A stretch of DNA of 62,023 bases, filler included, from Deltaproteobacteria bacterium (GTDB lineage: Bacteria > Myxococcota > JACRCW01): NCBI GenBank assembly GCA_016218805.1. It is 3 parts of 3 records of this genome, joined end to end, with 100 filler letters (N's around TTAATTAATTAA, not from the genome) between each part and the next. Parts side by side here need not be neighbours in the genome. Positions count along the whole stretch, not along the records: positions 1 to 15,592 come from JACRCW010000119.1; positions 15,693 to 34,082 come from JACRCW010000126.1; 1 more part is not named here. One strand, given 5' to 3'. The notes under the pieces were generated by a model that had not been told where the DNA came from, ran no database searches, and worked only from the letters and a program-made list of their open reading frames with translations. The number at the start of each line of letters is the position of its first letter. The first letter of the stretch is position 1. A program made the translations under genes and the position numbers. Below are positions 11,029-19,454 of this stretch, piece by piece.

Positions 11029-13245
11029 TCACCAGGCCACGCCGCGGCGGAAGAAACCGCCGGCGTATACCGTGGTCCGGGTGGACCCGTTGAACACGTA
11101 CAGGTCGTAACCGTCACCGTGCTGGGCGCTGTACTCGCGCCAGGTGGCGTGCACCAGGCGTGACCCATTGTCCTCGTAGTCCAGCCATTCGCGGTTCCAG
11201 TAGTCACCAGACTGGTTGCGCACAAACGCGCTGCCACCAAGGGCTACCGTGAGCGTGATGGCGCCGGTGGACGCGTTGACGATGATGAGGCCCTGGTCCG
11301 TGCTGACGGCGTACGCGGTGCCCGCGCTGTTGAAGTCCCACGCGGAGCCCTTGTGGTGCGTGTCGTTGACGCGCGCGGTGCCTTCGCCGGCGTAGTTGAC
11401 GTTGAGGTTGCGGGTCACCGCGCCCGTCGTGGAGTTGTAAGCGGTGATCATCATGCCGGTGAACGTTTCGGACCCGCTGAACGCGCACCCGTCACGCGAG
11501 ATGGCCACCTCCGCGGCGCCGGGAACGGGGCGCGGGTGCACGTACCACCGCAGGCAGGTGTTGGCGCCGTTGGTGGGGTAGTTGTTGGGGTTGGCCAGCG
11601 TGACAAAGGTGGCCGCGGCGGAACCATCCGGTGGCGCCTTAATGACGACGTCAATCTCTGTGCCGCTGCCGATGTCGTAGCATTCGCCGAGGAACATGAC
11701 CTGCGCGTTGCTCACGAACGCCGGCTGCGCGAAACCGTACAGCTGCGTGTTCTGCGGGCAGGGCAGCGTGTCCGGTGAGACGCGGTGCACGCGTTCCGCC
11801 TGCAGGTCCATGACGTACGCGTCCCAGCGCCCGCCATTCCAGTTGGAGGTGAACGCAATGAGGCCGCGGTTGGGGCTGATGGCCACGTCCTGGATGAGCA
11901 TCCCGGGAACCAGGAAGTGGCTGACCTGGTCCACCGCGCCGCTGCCGTCGGCCAGCACCACGAACAGTTCGTCACCCTCCACCGCGTTGCCAAACGGGTC
12001 GGTGTCCGCGTTGGCACCCCCGGCGACGATGACGCCGCTGTTGATGCTGGCAAAGGCGCTCCACGCGTCGCCCCCTGCGATGGCGCTGGGGTCATACGCA
12101 CCGGGGTACACCGCAATGCGGTACGGCCCGGTGGTGGACCCCACGCTGGTGACGCCGAGGAAGTACGTGGCGGTATCCGGAATGGTGACGTTGGCCACTT
12201 CAAAACCGCCGGTGGCGGCGGCGTTCACCATGTCACCAATGCGGGTGCCGTCCGCCTTGAAGACGCCCACGGAGAGGTCCGCAGTGGCCTGCGGGTACGC
12301 AACGAGCCGCACATGCCAGGTGCCCGGCGTGAAGGCGTAGGACCAGTAATCAAACTCCTTGGCCGGTGAGACGGTGCCGGACTGGTAGCTGCGCAGCGTG
12401 GTGATGAGCGCGCCTTCGCCGTCGGTGAACTCGTCCATGAAATGATCGCAATCGTTGTCCTTCTGGTCGACGATGTCGTCCTTGCCGGGCGTGATGGCGG
12501 CGTCCTGCGGGCCGCAGTCGCCGGCGCGCTCGGTGACGGTGTCGGCGTCAAAGTCGATATCCAGCGGATCGGTGCACACGGTCACGGAGGCGTGGCACTG
12601 CTTGCCACCGGTGCACTCGTCAACCTGGGTGTCGCAGTCGTTGTCCTGGGTGTCGCATTTATCCTCGTCGGCCAGCCAGTCGGCGGAGGTGTAGTGACAG
12701 ACCCAGCCGCCGGTACCTTCGCAGGCGGGCACGGTGCCCGCGCACACGCCGTCGCTGTCGCAGAAGGCGGCGGGTGGTGTGAGGTTGTTGTCTGGCGTGC
12801 CGTCGCAGTCGTTGTCGTGCCCGTCGCAGGTGACTTCCTGGGCCTCGTAGTTGGACGGGTAGGCGCAGCGCCATTGCGTGCCCACGCAGGTGGGCGTGGT
12901 GCCGGCGCACACGCCGGTGTTGGCGCACGCGGGCTGAGAGCCCGTGCAGCCGCCGGAACTGCTGCTGCTGCTTCCGCCCGTGGACGAACTGGAGGACCCG
13001 CCGGAGGAGGAGGAGGAGGAGGACGAGCTTGAGGACGACGAGGACGAACTGGTCCCGCCGCTGGATGATGCTGCGGATGATGATGACGCGGACGCGCCGG
13101 AGCTGCCGCCCGTGGATGTGGACGATGATGAGGAAGACGATGATGATGATGATGACGACGAGCTGTCATCATCATCCGACCCGCCATTGGAGCAGGCCGC
13201 AACAAGAAGGCAGGCAAACGCAACACCACGCACGAACTTGGACAT
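11029..13245 (-). CDS. large lipoprotein: Ser linker, Cys/Asp-rich repeats, PPC-like domain, TolB-like propeller
   Basis: MSKFVRGVAFACLLVAAC lipobox; repeated CDxxDNDCD motifs; TYFLGVTS..TGPYRIAV; ISPNRGLIAFTS. Confidence 0.8.
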   Translation of the reverse strand: MSKFVRGVAFACLLVAACSNGGSDDDDSSSSSSSSSSSSSSSTSTGGSSGASASSSSAASSSGGTSSSSSSSSSSSSSSSSGGSSSSSTGGSSSSSSGGCTGSQPACANTGVCAGTTPTCVGTQWRCAYPSNYEAQEVTCDGHDNDCDGTPDNNLTPPAAFCDSDGVCAGTVPACEGTGGWVCHYTSADWLADEDKCDTQDNDCDTQVDECTGGKQCHASVTVCTDPLDIDFDADTVTERAGDCGPQDAAITPGKDDIVDQKDNDCDHFMDEFTDGEGALITTLRSYQSGTVSPAKEFDYWSYAFTPGTWHVRLVAYPQATADLSVGVFKADGTRIGDMVNAAATGGFEVANVTIPDTATYFLGVTSVGSTTGPYRIAVYPGAYDPSAIAGGDAWSAFASINSGVIVAGGANADTDPFGNAVEGDELFVVLADGSGAVDQVSHFLVPGMLIQDVAISPNRGLIAFTSNWNGGRWDAYVMDLQAERVHRVSPDTLPCPQNTQLYGFAQPAFVSNAQVMFLGECYDIGSGTEIDVVIKAPPDGSAAATFVTLANPNNYPTNGANTCLRWYVHPRPVPGAAEVAISRDGCAFSGSETFTGMMITAYNSTTGAVTRNLNVNYAGEGTARVNDTHHKGSAWDFNSAGTAYAVSTDQGLIIVNASTGAITLTVALGGSAFVRNQSGDYWNREWLDYEDNGSRLVHATWREYSAQHGDGYDLYVFNGSTRTTVYAGGFFRRGVAW

Positions 13246-13490
13246 GGAATCCCTCCCAGGAGTTTGGGGCGCTATTACGCGGCGGACGTCGCCACGGGCA
13301 AGCGCTTGCAGCCGGATGAACACCACGCTGAAACGGCACGTGCGTCGCCGCGGTGAGCTGCCCGGGTCTGCGGATGGGAGGGTGGGCGGGCAGCGGGAGT
13401 GGGAGCGGGAAGTGAGATCTCCGTGGGCCCGGCCTCTGGCCGGGCGCCGGCCCCTTGTCGACTCTCCCCTCGCCCTGGGGGCGTTGAACC

Positions 13491-13730
13491 ATGCCGCTGG
13501 TCAACGCAGGGACGGTGCACCCGCGCGTCAGAAGCGGGTTGGCGGAGGACGTGCTGCAGCGGTGGTTGTCGCTGGTGCAGCTCACGGCGATTCTGCAGGG
13601 CGTGATCGCCCGGCGCGTCTCCATTGCTGACGTGGAACGCATCCTGGTCACGCTCTCCCAAGTGGGTGCGGAGGAGCGCCGGCCGGAGGTACTGGTGGAC
13701 CGTCTGTGCGCGGTATTGCGTCGTGCGTGA
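13491..13730 (+). CDS. stand-alone fragment resembling the FlhA/SctV (FHIPEP) cytoplasmic C-terminal subdomain
   Basis: LSLVQLTAILQGVIARRVSIADVERILVTLSQ..PEVLVDRLCAVL parallels the FHIPEP pattern LsL..l..VLQ.LL.E.VSIRDL..ILETL..d...L.E.VR.aL (from memory). Confidence 0.55.
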   Translation: MPLVNAGTVHPRVRSGLAEDVLQRWLSLVQLTAILQGVIARRVSIADVERILVTLSQVGAEERRPEVLVDRLCAVLRRA

Positions 13731-13757
13731 GGCGAGGGCGGGTCGCCCTGCTCGCCT
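13730..13757 (+). terminator. GC-rich hairpin immediately after the stop codon
   Basis: AGGCGAGGGCG-ggt-CGCCCTGCTCGCCT; no U-tract. Confidence 0.35.
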
Positions 13758-13808
13758 GATAGTGAAGGGCTGGGGCAACATCGGCCCTGGGAGGGAGGTT
13801 TGGTCGCC

Positions 13809-14216
13809 ATGCAGCCTCCCTTTTTAATCCTTTGTGATGATGGTGAGGTGCTTCTCCTGGGCAGTGCGGACGTCGCAAGCACAGCCATGGAGGCGGCGGA
13901 CGTGGAAGCCAAATGCTATCCCAAAGCGTTTGATTCCACCGGGTGCCGTGTTGATGTCGTGGTGCGTCCTCCGCGCGACGGGTTTCCCAAGGCGTTCGGA
14001 CGTCAGGTGATTGGTTTGACCCAGGTGGAGGTGACGCCCACCGGCGCAGAGGAGTTGCGTGCTCTGCTTCGCGACCGCCTCGGAGACGCGGGCGCTAAGC
14101 GCACGCTGTCCGACCTTGTCCAGGCGGCCGCCGAAGCGACCAACAAACCGAGGCCACGGAAACTGATAGGAAACCGGTCTCCCTACTGCATCCCAAGGCA
14201 GGCGCGCCGCCACTAG
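13809..14216 (+). CDS. small hypothetical protein (accessory, lower GC3)
   Basis: MQPPFLILCDDGEV..EAADVE..AFDSTG..EELRALLRDRL; preceded by GGAGG. Confidence 0.6.
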   Translation: MQPPFLILCDDGEVLLLGSADVASTAMEAADVEAKCYPKAFDSTGCRVDVVVRPPRDGFPKAFGRQVIGLTQVEVTPTGAEELRALLRDRLGDAGAKRTLSDLVQAAAEATNKPRPRKLIGNRSPYCIPRQARRH

Positions 14217-14401
14217 CCCAACTTCCCCGTTCGACCATGTCGGAGGCCATCCATTGCAGAGCGTTCTCGGGGCGCCTGGCAGTGCGATTACGGCAGGGAA
14301 CGTGAGCCGCTATGCGGACGCGACGCCAGCGCCGAGCCTTCAGGCGCGAACGACAACCCGCTGGAACTGGGTCCGGAGGACAGTTCCCCGAGGGTACGGT
14401 G

Positions 14402-14876
14402 ATGCACAAGAACACACTTCTAGTCGTCTTGGCGGCCATGGTCTGTTCATGCGACGGTGCGACAGGCATAGAGTGGCTGGCGAGAACCAAGCTGCAGTTG
14501 GACTCTCCGTGTGTGGCCGCCGCCCTCGCCAGGAAATGCGGATCTTGCGGAAGTCAAACGAATACGAGAGCCAACGCGCACTTCTGCATTTGGCGTTAGT
14601 CCGGTGAAAGGGTTTGATGGCGTCGAGGCCCGTCTCCTTGCCGGCTACATTCTGACCATCGAGCACGACGGCCCGGACTGGCGCATTCGGGCCCTGTGTC
14701 GCAACTGCTCGCCCTTGCCTGCCCGGGAAATCAACTCATTGCGCCAAGCCCTATCGCGGATGGTCGAGCGCCTGCGAACAGAGTGCCGCGAGCAGCAGCC
14801 GCCTACCGAAGCCGATATCGTCGAAACCTGCATACGGACGAGAGAGCCCTGTGCGCCAGGACGCGCCGGTCCTTGA
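14402..14876 (+). pseudogene. frameshifted putative lipoprotein
   Basis: MHKNTLLVVLAAMVCSC..CVAAALA continues plausibly as GNADLAEVKRIRE.. in another frame; one extra base near 14531. Confidence 0.5.
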
Positions 14877-15058
14877 GCCCGGCGAGCCAAGGTGCGGTCC
14901 ATTCCCTGGATTCGCGGAAATCACGCGAAACCGCGTGCGGTTACCCACGGTGCCCGCACTTGCCGTCCCGGGGGCGTTCTTGGGCTGCGCTCCCCACCGT
15001 CGTGGGCCAGGTTCTATTGTCCCGTGGCGGATTCCCGGCCCGTTCCGGTGGCCATCAA

Positions 15059-15190
15059 CAACGCATGAGACGACGCGTTGCGTGTCGACGTCTGACAACG
15101 TCCGCGCAAGGAGCACCGCTCATGGCGGAGGATGAGCGCCGGAGGGATGCGCACCCGGACCGTCAGTGCGCGGTATTGCGTCCCGCGCAA
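15059..15190 (+). repeat. eroded direct-repeat copy of 13502-13730
   Basis: GGACCGTC(T/A)GTGCGCGGTATTGCGTC at 13697-13722 and 15157-15182 (25/26 identical, 1460 bp apart); GAGCGCCGG at the same offset; CAACGCA..GACG further upstream. Confidence 0.8.
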
Positions 15191-15210
15191 AACGCAAGCT
15201 CAGCGCACCT

Positions 15211-15592
15211 TCACCACCCGCACTGCTTGCCTTCATTCTGCTTGTCCAGCCACGTCTTGAGCGGCGCGAAGTAGTCCACCAGCGCGGTAGCATCCATCTG
15301 CTTCTGGCCGGTGACAACCTCCAGCGCTTCGGGCCAGGGGCGCTGGATGCCCATCTCCAGCATTTTGCGCAGTTTCTCGCCGGCGGCGGCGTTGCCGTAG
15401 ATGGTGCAGCGGTTGAGCGGGCCCTGGTACCCGGCCGTCTGGCACAGCGAACGGTGGAACTGGTACTGCAGGATGCGCGCGAGGAAGTAGCGCGTGTACG
15501 GGACGTTGCCGGGGACGTGGTACTTGGCGCCCGGGTCAAAGAACGTCTCGGGGCGCTCCATGGCGGGTTCAATGCCTTGGTACTTCTTACGC
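15211..15592 (-). CDS. M2 family metallopeptidase (ACE/peptidyl-dipeptidase A-like), C-terminal part only
   Basis: [48 protein letters not shown]; truncated by the contig end. Confidence 0.93.
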
Positions 15593-15692
15593 NNNNNNNN
15601 NNNNNNNNNNNNNNNNNNNNNNNNNNNNNNNNNNNNTTAATTAATTAANNNNNNNNNNNNNNNNNNNNNNNNNNNNNNNNNNNNNNNNNNNN
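15593..15692. other. artificial contig linker
   Basis: N-run with TTAATTAATTAA (stops in all frames) at 15637-15648. Confidence 0.99.
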
Positions 15693-15831
15693 AACATTGT
15701 CAAGACCGATCCCAGCCGCACCCTGGGCGTCCCCAACACCCGCAAGCGTGCGGGCGGTGACCGCAAGTACTTGATTCACCTCATGACTGGAGCCCTCATC
15801 ATGTAAGGCCTGTCAGAATGCGACCGCCCTG
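15693..15831 (+). mobile_element. ISAs1-family IS right end (transposase C-terminus plus terminal IR)
   Basis: NIVKTDPSRTLGVPNTRKRAGGDRKYLIHLMTGALIM* (15693-15806) fits the ISAs1 tail pattern RKxAGWDxxYL; ATGCGACCGCCCTG (15818-15831) fits the ISAs1 end ..TGCGxxxGCCCTG. Confidence 0.8.
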
Positions 15832-15832
15832 C

Positions 15833-17593
15833 GCGGTGGTGCCACTGTCGCAGGCGGAACTTGCGCCCGTGGACATTTCGGTGTCGCAGACCACGGGCAA
15901 CTACTTCGGCACCACCGTGGAGGTCACGGCAACGCCCGCGGGTTCGTTCCTGTTTGACCGGCGCGCCCGGAGCACGCTGGTGGTGACCGACAGTGCGCCG
16001 ATGGCCCCCCAGTCCGTGCGGCTCTTCCTGCCGCCGGGTGACTGGACACTCCGCGCCTTCCGTGACGCCGACGGGGATGGCCTGCCAACGATTCTCAGCG
16101 GGACGCCGGGGGATGCACAGGCCGCCGCCGTGGTGCCGGTGGGCGTGGGGGGCGCCTCCGCGACACTGGTGTTGGACACGCCCACGCTGGCCGGCACGTA
16201 CACGGGCCTGGATGCGTATGCCGCCACGCACCGCAACAGCCAGGATGCGCCCGGATGCGGAGGCTTCCACGTGGAGGCCACCGCGGTGGTCCAGGGCAGC
16301 GCAGCGGAACTTGACCTGCCGCAAGTGCGCGGACCACGCGGCTACGCCGTCCTTGTTGACGACGGCGATTGCGACCGGGGCGGGCTTGGCGTGTCAGGGA
16401 GCTTTGACAACCGGCAGGGTGATGGCCGGCTCACCGCGGGGTTTGCAGATGCCGCGGACATCGACAGCGGCGAATACCTGTTCGCGTGGCGCAACTCCGT
16501 CCACGACATGATCCACATGCAGCGGGACACCATCGCCTCGCCGCTGATCCGGTTCCCGCTGTTCACGCCGCTCGCCTTGCCGGACGGGGCGCGTCCTTCC
16601 GCCACCACGGCTCCGCACCTGGAATGGGCCGCCGTCCCAGGCGCGGACGCCTACCAGCTGGCGTGGACGCCGGTGGCTGAGCTGTCCACGTGGGTGGGAA
16701 CCACCACGCGGGACACGTTCCTGGATCCCGCCGGGCTGCTGGATGGCACCGCGTACCGGTTTGACCTCCAGCCCCTCGCCTATCACGCGGGTGTCGTCGG
16801 CAACCTGGAGGCCCGTGGCTACGCCGCGCAGGGCAACGCGTTCATCATTGATACCAGCGGTTCGCGCACGGTCACGTTTTCCGGCGCCATCCGGAACCAC
16901 ACCGTGCTCTCCGGGAGAGTGTTTGTGTTTGCCAGGGGATGCCAGCGCCAGGGCGGGGGTGACCCGGCGGACTGCGGGTACGATCCTCAGGCCACGACGA
17001 CCCTGTCCATGGGAGCGCTGTCCTACTCCGTGGCGGTCCTGCGCACGTCCGTGGTGGGCCGCGGGAGCGTGGAGGCGTACCTGGAGGTCCCCGGCGGGGA
17101 CCCGGGCGGCAACAACCAGGTGCAGGCACGCCGCGCCGCGCTGGACGGCACGCTGGGGGCCACGGATGTGGACTTGGACCTGTGGAAGATTCCCGTCCTG
17201 TATGACCCGCCGGAGGGTGAACGCGGCACGGGGGACGCGCCCCACTTCACGTGGGAGAACTACCTGCTCACCCCCGGCGAGGCACCACCGGTTTTCAGCC
17301 TGGTGTTCTTTGCCGAGGCGGTCACGCCCTCCGGCGGATTCCCGGCCATTGCGTGGGGACTGCCGGCGGACGCCACGGAATGGCCGGGGGCGCCCAACGC
17401 CGTGGACGTCCGCCTGCTGGCCACCACCCAGCCCAGCGAAGCCGACCTCTCCAGCGCGACCTCCTGGCGGTGGGGCGTGGTGATGCTGGAGTGCGCATTT
17501 GGCGACCTGGCGTATGACGCGTGCGTGACCACGGCCATCGCGGATGACGGGCCGACCGTCGTCGCCACGCACAGCCTGTTCACGCAGAACTGA
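15833..17593 (+). pseudogene. secreted beta-sandwich protein, 5' part displaced by the IS
   Basis: The apparent ATG lies inside the IS end; no signal peptide; Ca-binding-like DADGDG and DDGDCD..DNRQGDG motifs. Confidence 0.65.
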
Positions 17594-17655
17594 GCGCGGG
17601 CGACACGTCCGCACGGGCTGGGCTATCGTCCGGGCTCCGGGGCGGGGGAGGCCAC

Positions 17656-19440
17656 ATGACGCGACAGCTGTTGGGGTCCGGCTTGGCGGGGGTGGCGTTG
17701 CTGGTCCTGGCGTGCCCGTCCGGCGGTGATGACGACACCTCCGCATGCAACAGCACGCACGACTGCGATTCCAACCGAATCTGCGACAACGGCCAGTGCG
17801 TAGCCCCGGTGCAGGGCGACGGGGGTGTCGCCGGCAGCAGCGGTGGGGCGGCCTCCTCGGCGTCCGCGCCGGCCTCCGGGAGCAGCGCCGGCTCAGGCAC
17901 CAGCCATGCCGCGGGGAATTCCTCCCGCGGCTCTTCCAGTTCGGCGCGCGCCAGCACGTCCGTACCCGCCAACACCACCGGGACGGTGGTGACCACCGAA
18001 TACGCGCCCGAACAATTGCGGGAAGGCGGCGTGGTGATCCTGCGGCTGCACCTGGGCGCCACGCCTTCGCGCACCGTGAGCTGCCCCATCGACTGGACGG
18101 GCGCCGCGGCCCAGGCGCGGGCGCTGCCGTCTTCCTTCTCCGGTGACGCGGACACGCTCAGCGTGCTGGTGGAAGCACCCCAGGACCGCGAAGCGGAGAC
18201 TCCGGACGTCCTGCTGGCGCAGGTGGGCGCGTGCACGTCCTTGGACGCGCGCTTCATGGGCGTGGATCCGCCGGACCTGGCCATCCCGTTCCTGGATGAT
18301 GACCTGGCGGGGCTGGCGTTCACGCCGGACCCGGTGCACCTGCTGGAGGGTGACCGGGTGGTGGTGGGCGTATACGTGACCAGCCAGCCGGCGGTGGACC
18401 TGGAGTTGTCCGCCACGGTGGAGGACGCGGCGGGGCGGCTGCAGGCGGCGCCCGCGCTGCTGGCCATCCCGCGGCTGTTCTGGACGCTGCCGGCGGAGCT
18501 GACACTGCAGGTGCCGCCGGACGCGGTGGCCACGCCGCGGCGGGACATGCTGGTGCGCGTGCGCGTGTCCACGGTCGGCGCGGGTCCCTACCAGGACCTG
18601 GAGGCGGTGCTGCCGGTGCGCCAGCAGCCGGACACGGTGGTGGTGTCCGCCCCGGTGGTGGTGGCGCGTGAGGGTGCTCCGGCCATTGATGTGCCGGTGA
18701 CCTTCAGCCCTGCGCCGGCCTCCCCGGTCACGGTGAGCGTGAGTTCGTCCAGCGCGCGCCTGGCGGTGAAGGGGCCGGGCGGGCTGGTCTCCTTCACGCT
18801 GGAAGCGGGCCCCGGCGGTCCGGTGCTGCTGAACCTGACCGTCAGTGATGACAGCCTGTTCCAGGCGGACGAAGCCGCCACCGTGACGCTGACCTTTGAC
18901 ACGGTGGATCCCGTCTACCAGGGCCTGGGCGCGCACGCGCTGCCGGTGACCCTGGCCAACAATGACCTATGGACGTACCTGACGGGCGCGGCGGTGATGC
19001 CCGGTGGGGGCGTGGCGGCGTTTGATGCCACGTGCCGGTCAGACGTCCGGCGCCCGTCCGTGTACCCGGAGCCAACGTGGGCGGCGCTGGTGGGATCCGC
19101 GCAGCGCACGCCCGGCTCACCGCACTGGGTGCTGCAGCCCTACTCCACCTACCATGAGCAACCCGGCGGTCCCGGAACCTCCCGGGCGGTGTTCTCCACG
19201 GACGCGCAGGCCCGCGTGGTCTTCCCGGTGCAGAGCTACCAGTCCGCGTATGAGAACACCTGGACGGGCCTGGCGGGCGACACAACGCCCATCACGACGG
19301 ACAACTGTGACAACTGGACCAACAGCACCACCAGTTCCGGACGCAACGGCCGCAGCAACGTCACCTACCAGGCGTTCCTGGATTACAACAACACCGCCTG
19401 CGGCAGTTCGCGCAGCCTGATGTGCGTGCAGGTTCCCTAG
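17656..19440 (+). CDS. lipoprotein with Cys-rich module, Ig/Calx-beta-like domains and a C-terminal DUF1554 (endostatin-like) domain
   Basis: LLVLAC lipobox; VSDDSLFQADE; GGVAAFDATC..WVLQPYSTY..WTGL..NCDNWT..LMCVQ. Confidence 0.78.
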   Translation: MTRQLLGSGLAGVALLVLACPSGGDDDTSACNSTHDCDSNRICDNGQCVAPVQGDGGVAGSSGGAASSASAPASGSSAGSGTSHAAGNSSRGSSSSARASTSVPANTTGTVVTTEYAPEQLREGGVVILRLHLGATPSRTVSCPIDWTGAAAQARALPSSFSGDADTLSVLVEAPQDREAETPDVLLAQVGACTSLDARFMGVDPPDLAIPFLDDDLAGLAFTPDPVHLLEGDRVVVGVYVTSQPAVDLELSATVEDAAGRLQAAPALLAIPRLFWTLPAELTLQVPPDAVATPRRDMLVRVRVSTVGAGPYQDLEAVLPVRQQPDTVVVSAPVVVAREGAPAIDVPVTFSPAPASPVTVSVSSSSARLAVKGPGGLVSFTLEAGPGGPVLLNLTVSDDSLFQADEAATVTLTFDTVDPVYQGLGAHALPVTLANNDLWTYLTGAAVMPGGGVAAFDATCRSDVRRPSVYPEPTWAALVGSAQRTPGSPHWVLQPYSTYHEQPGGPGTSRAVFSTDAQARVVFPVQSYQSAYENTWTGLAGDTTPITTDNCDNWTNSTTSSGRNGRSNVTYQAFLDYNNTACGSSRSLMCVQVP

Positions 19441-19454
19441 CGGTTTTGGCGTAT

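Noticed and set aside
13730..15130. Possible integron cassette array
   Set aside because: No convincing attC (RYYYAAC..GTTRRRY) sites and no integrase.
15593..15692. TTAATTAATTAA within N-runs (also 34083-34182)
   Set aside because: Assembly concatenation linker, not biological.
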